A stretch of 32,000 bases of DNA from contig NC_011979.1 of NCBI RefSeq assembly GCF_000022265.1, positions 1,620,001-1,652,000 on the forward strand, given 5' to 3'. The notes beneath the pieces are model-generated. The model was not told the DNA's origin, searched no databases, and saw nothing but the letters and a program-made list of their open reading frames with translations. The translations under genes were made by a program, and so were the position numbers. Each line of letters begins with the position of its first letter. Position 1 is the first letter of the stretch. Shown piece after piece: positions 17,618-26,452 of this stretch. Origin of the DNA: Geotalea daltonii FRC-32 (lineage in GTDB: Bacteria; Desulfobacterota; Desulfuromonadia; Geobacterales; Geobacteraceae).

Positions 17618-18208
17618 TTGAAAACGATTGATTGCAGGAATATGGCGTGTCCTCAGCCGGTTGTGACGGTAAAGCGGGCGTTGGAAGAAAGCCCGGGCGA
17701 GTCGCTGACAGTGCTTGTGGATGGCGGCGCCCCTCGGGAAAACGTCTCGCGCTTTGCAGCGAACAGGGGGCTTATGGTGGCGGAAGCCCCTGTTGAAGGT
17801 GGATATTCCCTCGTTTTATCTGGCAATGGGATTTTCCCGGAGGTGGGTAAGACGAATGCTCCGGTGGGAGAGGGTAAATCAATAATGCTGGTGGGTTCCG
17901 ACCGTCTTGGAGATGGGCCTGAGGAGTTGGGACGACTCCTGATGAAAAATTTCATGATTACGCTGCTTGATGTGACAGAACTTCCCGACAGGATCTTTTT
18001 CATTAATACCGGTGTTCTTTTGACCACTGCGGGTTCCGAGATCGTCGAGGTCCTGGAAAAGTTGGAAAATCAGGGCTGCGAAGTGTTTTCCTGCGGCGTA
18101 TGCCTCGATTTTTTCCACTGCAAGGACAAGCTGGTTGCCGGTTCAGTGACCAATATGTTTACCATTGCCGAAAGCATGCTGAAGGCTCGATCGGTAATCC
18201 GCCTGTGA
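17618..18208 (+). CDS. yedF: Sulfurtransferase-like selenium metabolism protein YedF (TusA-like N-domain + DsrE-like C-domain)
   Basis: KTIDCRNMACPQPVVTVKRAL carries the TusA-type CP motif. The C-terminal part resembles DsrE/YedF. The start is moved to the TTG at 17618, 7 nt after a GGAGG, because the upstream part of the track ORF overlaps the DUF3343 gene. Confidence 0.7.
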   Translation: MKTIDCRNMACPQPVVTVKRALEESPGESLTVLVDGGAPRENVSRFAANRGLMVAEAPVEGGYSLVLSGNGIFPEVGKTNAPVGEGKSIMLVGSDRLGDGPEELGRLLMKNFMITLLDVTELPDRIFFINTGVLLTTAGSEIVEVLEKLENQGCEVFSCGVCLDFFHCKDKLVAGSVTNMFTIAESMLKARSVIRL

Positions 18209-18241
18209 ATTATCCAGATGGTAATGCAGTTTAAATTTATC

Positions 18242-18271
18242 TTGACAAAAAGCTGGACATTCCTCTAAAGT
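18242..18271 (+). promoter_or_regulatory. Candidate sigma70 promoter upstream of ffh
   Basis: TTGACA (18242-18247), an 18-nt spacer, then TAAAGT (18266-18271). Confidence 0.35.
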
Positions 18272-18356
18272 TACCCCTTTACAAGTGGCAAAGTGCGCTT
18301 TTTCGTCAGCTGTTTTGAAATGCTACCTAACTAACTGAATTTGCGACAGAGTTTTC

Positions 18357-19706
18357 ATGTTTGATACCCTTTCCGATAAACTAGAATCGGTCTTTAAAAA
18401 ACTGCGCGGTCAGGGAGTCATGACCGAAGACAATGTCAAGGAAGCCTTGCGTGAAGTGCGTCTGGCCTTACTTGAGGCAGATGTCAACTTCAAGGTCGTA
18501 AAGGATTTTATCGAGCGGGTCCGGGAAAAGGCCGTCGGCACACTTGTTCTGCAGAGCCTTTCTCCCGGCCAGCAGGTGGTCAAGATAGTCCATGATGAGT
18601 TAGTCGCTCTAATGGGTGGTGGCGAGGACAACAGCCTCGATCTGGCTGCCAAACCGCCGGTATCGATCATGATGGTCGGCCTTCAGGGTGCAGGAAAAAC
18701 TACCAGCTGCGGAAAGCTGGCCAAGTTGCTGAAGTCCCAGCGCAGGAAGCCGCTTCTGGTCCCAGCTGACATTTATCGTCCGGCGGCAATCGAGCAGCTG
18801 AAAATCCTGGGCAGGCAGCTGTCCATTGAGGTATTCGACTCGCAGGCTGACCAGAAGCCGGTTGATATCTGCAGCAAGGCGCTGAAATACGCCCAACTTT
18901 CCGGCTTCGATACGGTCATTTTCGACACTGCCGGTCGTCATCAGATCGATGATTATCTGATGGACGAGCTTGTGCAGATCCGCGAGGCTGCAGAGCCCCG
19001 CGAAATCCTCTTCGTTGCCGATGCCATGACCGGCCAGGAAGCTGTCAACGTGGCGGCCGGTTTTGATGAGCGATTGGGCATAACCGGCGTAGTATTGACC
19101 AAGCTGGATGGTGATGCAAAGGGTGGAGCAGCCCTTTCCATCAAGGCTGTCACCGGCAAGCCGGTCAAATTCGTCGGCCTCGGGGAGAAGCTGGATGCCC
19201 TTGAGGTGTTCCATGCCGACCGCCTTGTGTCGCGCATTCTCGGTATGGGGGATGTGCTGACCCTGATCGAAAAGGCCCAGTCTACCTTCGATACAAAGGA
19301 GGCCGAGCGTCTCCAGAAAAAGCTCAAGAAGAGCAATTTCGACCTGGATGACTTCAAGGCTCAACTGCAGCAGCTGAAAAAGATGGGTTCTCTGGAATCT
19401 ATCATGGGGATGATCCCAGGCATGGGCAAAATGATGAAGCAGATGCAGGGTGCCCAGCCGAGCGAGAAGGAGCTGAAGCGCATCGAGGCCATCATCGATT
19501 CCATGACCCGCCAGGAACGGGCGAACCATCAGATGATAAACGGCAGCCGCAGGCTGCGCATTGCAAAGGGAAGTGGCACATCTGTGCAAGAGGTAAACCA
19601 GCTGCTCAAGCGCTTCACCGAGGCGCAGAAGGTGGTCAAGCAGTTGCAGAAGCTGGGTCCGAAAGGTCTTATGAAAGGCATGGGCAAAGGGATGTTCCCC
19701 TTTTAA
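18357..19706 (+). CDS. ffh: Signal recognition particle protein Ffh
   Basis: 449 aa with the N domain, the GTPase motifs GLQGAGKTT, DTAGR and TKLDGD, and a Met-rich M domain (MGMIPGMGKMMKQMQG). Confidence 0.97.
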   Translation: MFDTLSDKLESVFKKLRGQGVMTEDNVKEALREVRLALLEADVNFKVVKDFIERVREKAVGTLVLQSLSPGQQVVKIVHDELVALMGGGEDNSLDLAAKPPVSIMMVGLQGAGKTTSCGKLAKLLKSQRRKPLLVPADIYRPAAIEQLKILGRQLSIEVFDSQADQKPVDICSKALKYAQLSGFDTVIFDTAGRHQIDDYLMDELVQIREAAEPREILFVADAMTGQEAVNVAAGFDERLGITGVVLTKLDGDAKGGAALSIKAVTGKPVKFVGLGEKLDALEVFHADRLVSRILGMGDVLTLIEKAQSTFDTKEAERLQKKLKKSNFDLDDFKAQLQQLKKMGSLESIMGMIPGMGKMMKQMQGAQPSEKELKRIEAIIDSMTRQERANHQMINGSRRLRIAKGSGTSVQEVNQLLKRFTEAQKVVKQLQKLGPKGLMKGMGKGMFPF

Positions 19707-19758
19707 CTAGATATAAAACAAGTTGCGGCGCAGGCCGTGATAATACCAGGAGGAAAAG

Positions 19759-20025
19759 ATGGCAACAAAAATCAGGCTGGCACGGGCCGGCGCAAAGAAG
19801 AAACCATTCTATCAGGTTGTGGTTGCAGACGAGCGCTGCAAAAGGGATGGTCGTTTTATCGAGAATGTCGGTACCTATGACCCCAATCAGAATCCTGCCG
19901 TTTTCAAACTGGAAGAGGGAAAGACTCTTGAATGGCTTGGCAAGGGCGCACAGCCTACCGATACCGTAAAGCAGATCCTTAAAAAGGCCGGTATCTGGGA
20001 AAAGTTCGTCTCGAAGCTTGCTTAA
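19759..20025 (+). CDS. rpsP: 30S ribosomal protein S16
   Basis: [51 protein letters not shown]. Confidence 0.97.
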   Translation: MATKIRLARAGAKKKPFYQVVVADERCKRDGRFIENVGTYDPNQNPAVFKLEEGKTLEWLGKGAQPTDTVKQILKKAGIWEKFVSKLA

Positions 20026-20077
20026 TACTGTTTTCCCTCCGGTACGCCGGACATTTTAACTCACAGAGGACAGCGAC

Positions 20078-20308
20078 ATGAAAGAGCTCGTAGAAACCAT
20101 CGCTAAAGCACTTGTTGATGACCCCAGTCAGGTAAGAGCAACCGAGGAGATGGAAGAAGAGACTACCGTTATAAAGCTGACCGTGGCCAAGGAAGACATG
20201 GGCAGGATTATCGGTAAGGAGGGACGCACGGCGAAGGCCATTCGCACCCTGCTCAATGCCGTTTCGACAAAGGATAACAAGAAGGCGGTCCTCAAGATAG
20301 TAGAGTGA
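20078..20308 (+). CDS. KH-domain RNA-binding protein (YlqC/UPF0109 family)
   Basis: 76 aa. VAKEDMGRIIGKEGRTAKAIRTLL carries the GxxG KH motif. It sits in the conserved position between rpsP and rimM. Confidence 0.9.
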   Translation: MKELVETIAKALVDDPSQVRATEEMEEETTVIKLTVAKEDMGRIIGKEGRTAKAIRTLLNAVSTKDNKKAVLKIVE

Positions 20309-20832
20309 TGTCCAGCGGTAACCAAACATTTCTGATCGGCAAAGTCTCGGCAACCCATGGGGTCAGGGGGCAGTTACGAATAACTTCCTTCTCCGGCGAC
20401 ATGGACAGCTTCATGGCCTTGCGATCGGTTATGATCAAAAAACCTGGTGGAGGGATGGAAACCCTTGCCGTTGCCGAAGCAAAGGCACATGGCAAAAAGA
20501 TCATCCTCAGTCTCAAGGGCTACACCGATATAAACGATGTGCTTCACCTGGTGGGGCGTGAAATATACGTCCTGCGTGACCAGTTGCCGTTACTCTCCGA
20601 CGGTGAGTATTACTGGTGCGATTTGTTGGGGCTGCAGGTAATGACCGAGGACGGAGATATCCTCGGTGAACTGGTGGATATCATCAGTACCGGCAGCAAT
20701 GATGTCTATGTGGTTCATGGCGGCGGGGACAAGGAAATACTAATTCCCGCCCTTGACGACGTTGTGCTTGATGTTGATACTGTTGCCGGGCGTATGACAG
20801 TCAGCCTCCCGGAGGGGCTGCTCGATCTATGA
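20308..20832 (+). CDS. rimM: 16S rRNA processing protein RimM
   Basis: [20 protein letters not shown]...[13 protein letters not shown]...[10 protein letters not shown]. The ATG at 20308 overlaps the KH stop (TGATG). Confidence 0.92.
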
Positions 20833-21563
20833 AATTTGATGTACTGACCCTGTTTCCGGGCATGTTCGAAGGGCCGCTTACCGAAAGTATCCTGAAACGT
20901 GCCAGAGAAAAAGGCCTGATAGATGTGGCTCTCCATAATATCCGTGACTTCGCCTTTGACCGGCATAGTGTTACGGACGATTACCCCTATGGCGGTGGCG
21001 CCGGTATGGTCATGAAGGTTGAGCCGCTCGCTGCATGCGTTGAGCACGCTCAGGCTGGCAGTCCCGAAGCGCGTGTCATCCTTACCACCCCCCACGGTCG
21101 GCCCTTCAGTCATGCAGTTGCCGCGGAACTGGCACGGGAAGAAGCGCTGATCATCATCTGCGGCCGGTATGAAGGGGTGGATGAGCGGGTGCGGGAACTT
21201 TTCGTTGACGACGAGATTTCCCTTGGCGATTTTGTGCTGACTGGCGGCGAGATGGCTGCCATGGTAATTATTGATGCGGTCTCGCGCCTGGTACCTGGTG
21301 TGTTGGGGAGCGAGGAATCTGCCATCAATGATTCCTTTGCCGATGGCCTCCTGGAGTACCCCCAGTACACACGACCCTCTGAGTTCAGAGGACTGGAGGT
21401 GCCCAAGGTGCTTTTGTCCGGCAATCATCAGGAGATAGAAATGTGGCGCCGGCACAAATCACTGGAAGCAACCGCCTTGTTACGCCCCGATCTGCTGCAG
21501 AGCGCAAAGTTGACCAATGGGGACCGGAAATATCTTGAGAAATCGTCCAAGGATGCCCGGTAG
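20829..21563 (+). CDS. trmD: tRNA (guanine37-N1)-methyltransferase TrmD
   Basis: [17 protein letters not shown]...[14 protein letters not shown]...[12 protein letters not shown]...[15 protein letters not shown] overlap with rimM. Confidence 0.97.
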
Positions 21564-22144
21564 TGGAGGCATACAGCCCGACAGCTCCTAACGTTAGCAT
21601 AGCCCTGCTCCACTACCCGGTCTATAACAAGAACCATGATGTGGTGGCGACGGCCGTAACTAATCTGGACCTGCACGATATTGCCCGTTCCGCCAGGACC
21701 TTCGGTCTTTACCGATATTTTGTCATTACGCCGGTGGCAGAACAGCGCAGCCTGTCGGAGCGGATCAGAGCTCACTGGCTGGAAGGTTACGGAGCTGCCT
21801 ATAATCCGAAGCGAAAGGCGGCCCTTGAACTCATAGAAGTAATCGATTCCCTGCAGACGGCCCTTGCCCAGTTGGAAAAGAAGTTCGGCAAGCCGGTAAA
21901 GGTTATCGTTACCGGTGCCCAGGGACGTGACAACAGCATTGATTGTTCCCGGCTTGCCCAACTCCTGCAGAACCGGGGTCAGCCCTATCTGTTGTTGTTT
22001 GGTACCGGCTGGGGCATGACGGAAGAGGTTTTCGGACAGGCCGATTACGTGCTTGGTCCCATCAAGGGGCCTGGAGATTACAATCACCTTGCAGTTCGCT
22101 CAGCGGCGGCGATTATTCTGGATAGATTGTTCGGCAACAGATGA
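21563..22144 (+). CDS. Predicted SPOUT-type RNA methyltransferase (Methyltrn_RNA_4/PF09936-like) inserted between trmD and rplS
   Basis: 193 aa. SIALLHYPVYNKNHDVVATAVTNLDLHDIARSARTFGLYRYFVITP resembles that family from memory. The GTG start overlaps the trmD TAG by 1 nt. Confidence 0.6.
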   Translation: MEAYSPTAPNVSIALLHYPVYNKNHDVVATAVTNLDLHDIARSARTFGLYRYFVITPVAEQRSLSERIRAHWLEGYGAAYNPKRKAALELIEVIDSLQTALAQLEKKFGKPVKVIVTGAQGRDNSIDCSRLAQLLQNRGQPYLLLFGTGWGMTEEVFGQADYVLGPIKGPGDYNHLAVRSAAAIILDRLFGNR

Positions 22145-22235
22145 GCAAATGTTGCCAAGGATGAAATAAATACGTCTGCAGTTATACTGTTACGATATAC
22201 AGCACTTGTTGCATAGATAAGGGAGGAAGAAAAAA

Positions 22236-22592
22236 ATGAACAAGATTGATGCCATTGAAATGGAACAGATGAAGAAGAACATTCCGGGATTCAGACCTGG
22301 TGATACGGTGAAGGTGCAGGTCAAGATCGTCGAGGGTGACAAGAGCCGTATCCAGGCCTTTCAGGGTGTGGTCATAGGTCGTCAGAACGGCGGTATCCGC
22401 GAGTCTTTCACTGTGCGTAAGATCTCCAACGGCGTCGGCGTTGAGAGAAGCTTTCCACTGCACTCGCCGTCCATCGATGCCATAGAGGTGATCACCCGTG
22501 GCCAGGTTCGCCGCGCCAAGCTTTACTACCTGCGCAAGCTGCGGGGCAAGGCTTCCAGGATCAAGGAAAAGAAATACGTGGCTGGAATGTAA
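22236..22592 (+). CDS. rplS: 50S ribosomal protein L19
   Basis: [60 protein letters not shown]. Confidence 0.97.
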   Translation: MNKIDAIEMEQMKKNIPGFRPGDTVKVQVKIVEGDKSRIQAFQGVVIGRQNGGIRESFTVRKISNGVGVERSFPLHSPSIDAIEVITRGQVRRAKLYYLRKLRGKASRIKEKKYVAGM

Positions 22593-22597
22593 ACCTC

Positions 22598-22629
22598 AAA
22601 GCCCCGGCAGCCACTGCCGGGGCTTTTTT
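22598..22629 (+). terminator. Rho-independent terminator after rplS
   Basis: gccccggcag (22601-22610) pairs with ctgccggggc (22614-22623) as a 10-bp GC-rich stem with a 3-nt loop, followed by a T6 run. Confidence 0.85.
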
Positions 22630-22661
22630 ACTTTCAACATCATGCTATCTCAGGGTTTACC

Positions 22662-23312
22662 ATGTCCAGTCTCGACTTGTTCCACTACGAAAAACCTACT
22701 CTGCTGGAATTCGATTCAATGGTTCGCTGTCAGGGCTATGCCAGCCTGGCCGGTGTTGACGAGGCGGGGCGCGGTCCCCTTGCCGGCCCTGTGGTGGCGG
22801 CGGCGGTTATTCTTCCCGCCGGGATCGGCCTGTCTGAAGTGGATGATTCGAAAAAACTCACTTCCGGCAAAAGGGATGAACTCTTTGAAGTCATTATGGC
22901 CAATGCTCTGGCTGTGGGTGTTGGTTTAAGTGATGCGGGAGTCATTGATCGGATCAATATCCTCCAGGCAACTCTTGCCGCAATGAAGGAAGCCTTAAGC
23001 CTCCTTTTCATCAAGCCTGATTATGTCCTCGTTGACGGCATTTCGAAGATTCCCGTCACCATTCCACAAAAGACCATCAAAAAAGGGGACGGCACCAGTC
23101 TTTCCATTGCCGCCGCTTCCATCGTCGCCAAAGTCCATCGTGATCGGCTGATGGTTTCTTATGATGCGGAGTTTCCCCAGTACGGTTTTGCCGCCCATAA
23201 GGGTTATGGCTGTGTAGACCACCTTAAAGCCATTGCAGAGTATGGCCCCTGTCCGATTCACCGCATGACCTTCAGCGGCGTCAAGGAACATGTAAAAAAC
23301 TGTGAGGGGTGA
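22662..23312 (+). CDS. rnhB: Ribonuclease HII
   Basis: LAGVDEAGRGPLAGPVVAAAVIL...VDDSKKL...DGISK...KGDGTSLSIAAASIVAKVHRD. The stop TGA lies inside the TGAGGGG array. Confidence 0.95.
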   Translation: MSSLDLFHYEKPTLLEFDSMVRCQGYASLAGVDEAGRGPLAGPVVAAAVILPAGIGLSEVDDSKKLTSGKRDELFEVIMANALAVGVGLSDAGVIDRINILQATLAAMKEALSLLFIKPDYVLVDGISKIPVTIPQKTIKKGDGTSLSIAAASIVAKVHRDRLMVSYDAEFPQYGFAAHKGYGCVDHLKAIAEYGPCPIHRMTFSGVKEHVKNCEG

Positions 23313-23330
23313 GGGGTGAGGGGTGAGGGG
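23303..23330 (+). repeat. Perfect tandem heptamer array (TGAGGGG)x4, a G4N3G4N3G4N3G4 quadruplex motif
   Basis: tgagggg x4 read directly. It contains the rnhB stop (23310-23312) and the GTG start of the next ORF (23316-23318). Confidence 0.95.
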
Positions 23331-23699
23331 AAAAACGACAATAAGACTCTGGGGGAAGTGGGCGAGGCGATTGCGGTAACCTTTCTCAAGGGACTGCACT
23401 TCTCGATCCTGGAGCGGAACTTTCGCTGCAAGTGCGGCGAGATCGATATCATTGCCAGGGATGGCAGGACCCTCGTCTTTGTCGAGGTCAAGACAAGAAA
23501 AAATACAGCCTTTGGCGTGCCGCAGCTGGCCGTGACCCCATTCAAGCAGCGGCAGATATCAAAGGCTGCTCTGACCTGGCTGGCCCAGAAAAAAATGCAG
23601 GATGCCGCGGCCCGCTTCGATGTCATTGCCATTTTACAGCCGGATCATGCCGTGCCGGAAATAGAGCATATCAAGGATGCATTCGACCTGGCCTATTGA
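23316..23699 (+). CDS. YraN-family (UPF0102) predicted endonuclease
   Basis: LGEVGEAIAVTFLKGLHFSILERNFRCKCGEIDIIARDGRTLVFVEVKTR...FDVIAI is the typical family pattern. The exact start is uncertain: GTG in the array, or CTG/GTG at 23349/23358. Confidence 0.85.
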   Translation: MRGEGKNDNKTLGEVGEAIAVTFLKGLHFSILERNFRCKCGEIDIIARDGRTLVFVEVKTRKNTAFGVPQLAVTPFKQRQISKAALTWLAQKKMQDAAARFDVIAILQPDHAVPEIEHIKDAFDLAY

Positions 23700-23779
23700 A
23701 ACACAGGTATCCTCAGAGCCGAACATTTGCCTCCTGTCTCATGCTGTGTTACCCTAAGCGAAAAAATGCGGAGAAGACC

Positions 23780-24631
23780 ATGGATTTTACCGTTGCCTTG
23801 GCCCAGATAAAGCCGAAGCTTGGTTGTGTCACCGATAACTGTGCCGTTGTGGAGGCTGCCGTTGCCAGGGGGATTGATGAAAAGGCGGACCTGATACTTT
23901 TCCCCGAGCTGGCCCTGACCGGCTATTTTCTTAAAGACCTGGTGCCGGAAGTGGCTCTTGCCGTCGGTTCGCCCGAGATATGCCGGCTGAGGGAGCTGTC
24001 CAGAAAGATATCCATAGGGGTTGGCTTTGTCGAGGTCACGGCTGATTATCGCTTCTTCAATTCTGCCGTCTACCTTGAGGCGGGGGAAATCAAGCATCTG
24101 CACCGCAAGGTTTATCTTCCCACCTATGGCCTGTTCGATGAGCAACGCTACATGGCCCGTGGGGAGCAATTCCGTGCCTTCGATACCAGGTTCGGCCGGA
24201 TGGGGATGCTGATCTGCGAAGACATGTGGCACCTTTCGGCCCCTTACATACTGGCCATGGACGGTGCAACTACTCTGCTTTGCCTTTCCAGCAGCCCGGG
24301 ACGCGGGATTACCGAGGAAGAAAAGCTGGGATCTACCATTGCCTGGCAGAAACTTACCTCCACCACCGCCATGTTCCTTAATTCCCGTGTTCTTTACTGC
24401 AACCGTGCCGGTTACGAGGATGGGGTCAACTTCTGGGGGGGATCGGAGGCCGTAGCTCCTTCTGGTGCCGTTATCGAGCGGGGCAGGGTTCTGGAAGAGG
24501 ATTTTTTCACGGCCAAGATGGAAGAGGGGGAATTGCGGCGCGAGCGGATTTTCTCCCCCATGATGCGTGATGAGAGTCTGAGTGTCACCCTGAAGGAGCT
24601 GCGACGGATCGATCGGGAGAGGGAGCGATGA
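23780..24631 (+). CDS. Carbon-nitrogen hydrolase (nitrilase superfamily), likely the glutaminase partner of NadE
   Basis: [13 protein letters not shown]...[12 protein letters not shown]...[10 protein letters not shown] shows the Glu and Cys catalytic contexts of the CN-hydrolase fold. The ATG at 23780 follows a GGAGA. The track ORF extension from 23432 overlaps the YraN-family gene in another frame. Confidence 0.85.
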   Translation: MDFTVALAQIKPKLGCVTDNCAVVEAAVARGIDEKADLILFPELALTGYFLKDLVPEVALAVGSPEICRLRELSRKISIGVGFVEVTADYRFFNSAVYLEAGEIKHLHRKVYLPTYGLFDEQRYMARGEQFRAFDTRFGRMGMLICEDMWHLSAPYILAMDGATTLLCLSSSPGRGITEEEKLGSTIAWQKLTSTTAMFLNSRVLYCNRAGYEDGVNFWGGSEAVAPSGAVIERGRVLEEDFFTAKMEEGELRRERIFSPMMRDESLSVTLKELRRIDRERER

Positions 24632-25452
24632 TGGCCGGACTTACTGTGAATGCGGAGTTGCTGCGCCGGGTACTTGTTGGTTTCATCCGCGAGGAGGTAC
24701 AGAAGATCGGCGTGCGGCGCGCGGTATTGGGACTTTCCGGTGGAATAGATTCAGCGCTGGTGGCCTACCTGGCGGCTGAGGCGTTGGGGGCTGAAAACGT
24801 CTATGCCTGCACCATGCCCTACCGCACCAGTAATCCTGAAAGCGAAGCCCATGCCCGGCTCATTGCCGAAGACCTGGGCATCAATTATCAGGTCATAGAG
24901 ATCACCCCCATGATCGATGCCTATTTCCAGCAGTTTCCCGACGCCAGCAACATGCGCCGCGGCAACAAGATGGCGCGGGAGCGAATGACCATCCTCTATG
25001 ACCATTCCGCCGCCCATGGCGCGCTGGTGCTCGGCACCAGCAACAAGACCGAATTGCTTCTGGGCTATGGCACCCTTTTCGGCGACATGGCCAGCGCACT
25101 CAATGCCATCGGCGATATCTACAAAACCCAGGTATGGCAGCTTTCCGAAGCAATGGGGGTGCCCAGGGAGGTGATCGAGAAGAAGCCTTCGGCCGACCTG
25201 TGGGCAGGGCAGACCGACGAGCAGGAACTGGGCTTCACCTATCGGGAGGTGGACGAACTCCTCTACTGGATGGTGGACCATCGCTGCAATCGCCATGAGC
25301 TTTTGGACAAGGGATTTGCTGCAACTTTTATCGATACGGTCAGCGCCAAGGTACAGAATTCGCACTTCAAACGGCGGATGCCGGTTATTGCCAAGGTGTC
25401 CAATCGGACTATTGACAGGGACTTCCGCTACTCCCGCGACTGGGGAAAATGA
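24628..25452 (+). CDS. nadE: NAD+ synthetase (synthetase domain only)
   Basis: [16 protein letters not shown] (PP-loop SGGxDS) and [22 protein letters not shown] overlap with the nitrilase gene. Confidence 0.92.
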   Translation: MMAGLTVNAELLRRVLVGFIREEVQKIGVRRAVLGLSGGIDSALVAYLAAEALGAENVYACTMPYRTSNPESEAHARLIAEDLGINYQVIEITPMIDAYFQQFPDASNMRRGNKMARERMTILYDHSAAHGALVLGTSNKTELLLGYGTLFGDMASALNAIGDIYKTQVWQLSEAMGVPREVIEKKPSADLWAGQTDEQELGFTYREVDELLYWMVDHRCNRHELLDKGFAATFIDTVSAKVQNSHFKRRMPVIAKVSNRTIDRDFRYSRDWGK

Positions 25453-25588
25453 AAATGCGGCTTTTCGGCAAGACCTGCGTTCGCCTGCGGGGCTCGTTGT
25501 GCGGCGTACCTGAGGTACGCCTCCGCCTCGCCCCTTGTCTGCCTTGTTCTTGCGCAAAAATCCACATTTTCTGCTGCAAAGGGTAAAA

Positions 25589-26452
25589 ATGGAACCTCAC
25601 TCCTCACCCCTCACCCCAAAAGGTGTTCTCTATATAGTCGCTACCCCCATCGGCAACCTGGAAGACATCACCTTCCGGGCCGTGCGTATTCTGCGGGAGG
25701 CGGACCTCATTGCCGCCGAAGATACCCGTCACTCGCGCAAGCTCCTCTCCCATTTCGGCATCTCCAAGCCGCTTACCTCTTACTTTGATCACAACAAGGA
25801 GCTGAAAGGGCGATACATCCTCGACCAGCTGGCCGAAGGGGTGTCCGTGGCCCTGATTACCGATGCCGGTACCCCCTGCATCTCCGATCCCGGCTACCAA
25901 CTGGTCCGCGATGCGGTGGCGGCAGGCTTTGCCGTTGTCCCGGTGCCAGGTCCGTCGGCCGCAGTCACGGCGCTTTCCGCTTCGGGCCTGCCCACGGATG
26001 CCTTTGTCTTCGAGGGGTTTCTGCCGAATAAACAGGGGAAGCGCCGGGAGAAGCTCGCAATGGTGAAAGGAGAGCAGCGGGTGGTGATTTTTTACGAGTC
26101 GCCGAACCGTCTCTTGGCCACATTGATGGACCTGCGCGAGGTGCTCGGGGAACGGGAACTGGTGGTGGCGCGGGAGCTGACCAAAATCTACGAAGAGTTC
26201 ATCAGAGGGAGCTGTTCCCCTGTCATTGAGAAGCTTCAGGATCGTACCATCAAGGGGGAAGTCGTTATCCTCGTTGCCCCTGCGGCTGCGGACCCTGAGC
26301 ATGACGCCACAGAGTCTGTTGCCGAATTGTTGAGCTGTCTGATGGCGGGTGAAGGGCTTTCCCTGAAGGATGCCGTGAAGCAGGTGGTGCTCCGGACAGG
26401 CCGTGCCCGAAGCGAAGTCTATACAGAAGCACTGAAGCTGAAGGGGCACTAG
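25589..26452 (+). CDS. rsmI: 16S rRNA (cytidine1402-2'-O)-methyltransferase RsmI
   Basis: GVLYIVATPIGNLEDITFRAVRILREADLIAAEDTRHSRKLL...DAGTPCISDPG...FYESPNRL. The start is set at the in-frame ATG at 25589 because the conserved core begins 12 aa later. Confidence 0.92.
   Translation: MEPHSSPLTPKGVLYIVATPIGNLEDITFRAVRILREADLIAAEDTRHSRKLLSHFGISKPLTSYFDHNKELKGRYILDQLAEGVSVALITDAGTPCISDPGYQLVRDAVAAGFAVVPVPGPSAAVTALSASGLPTDAFVFEGFLPNKQGKRREKLAMVKGEQRVVIFYESPNRLLATLMDLREVLGERELVVARELTKIYEEFIRGSCSPVIEKLQDRTIKGEVVILVAPAAADPEHDATESVAELLSCLMAGEGLSLKDAVKQVVLRTGRARSEVYTEALKLKGH
25595..25617 (+). repeat. Degenerate inverted copy of the TGAGGGG array (CCTCA CTCCTCA CCCCTCA CCCC)
   Basis: Read directly. 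The reverse complement is GGGGTGAGGGGTGAGGAGTGAGG. It lies in codons 3-10 of rsmI (PHSSPLTP). Confidence 0.85.

Noticed and set aside
18609-19589. 326-aa minus-strand ORF. Similar long antisense ORFs lie at 20715-21455, 21428-22087, 24751-25557 and 25604-26578.
   Set aside because: Each lies entirely opposite a confidently identified conserved gene (ffh, trmD, the SPOUT-like gene, nadE, rsmI). Their compositions are Arg/Gly/Pro/His-rich and low-complexity, typical of shadow ORFs in GC-rich DNA. None has an RBS or a recognisable motif.
23432-23779. N-terminal extension of the nitrilase ORF (the track gives 399 aa from 23432).
   Set aside because: The extension overlaps the YraN-family gene in another frame and is Arg/Cys/Pro-rich. 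The conserved CN-hydrolase sequence starts at the ATG at 23780, which has a GGAGA RBS.
25503-25521. Perfect 8-bp hairpin ggcgtacc-tga-ggtacgcc in the nadE-rsmI spacer, as a terminator.
   Set aside because: No T-run follows, and the stem is short. It may be a protein-binding palindrome or an RNA element, but there is nothing to support a call from sequence alone.
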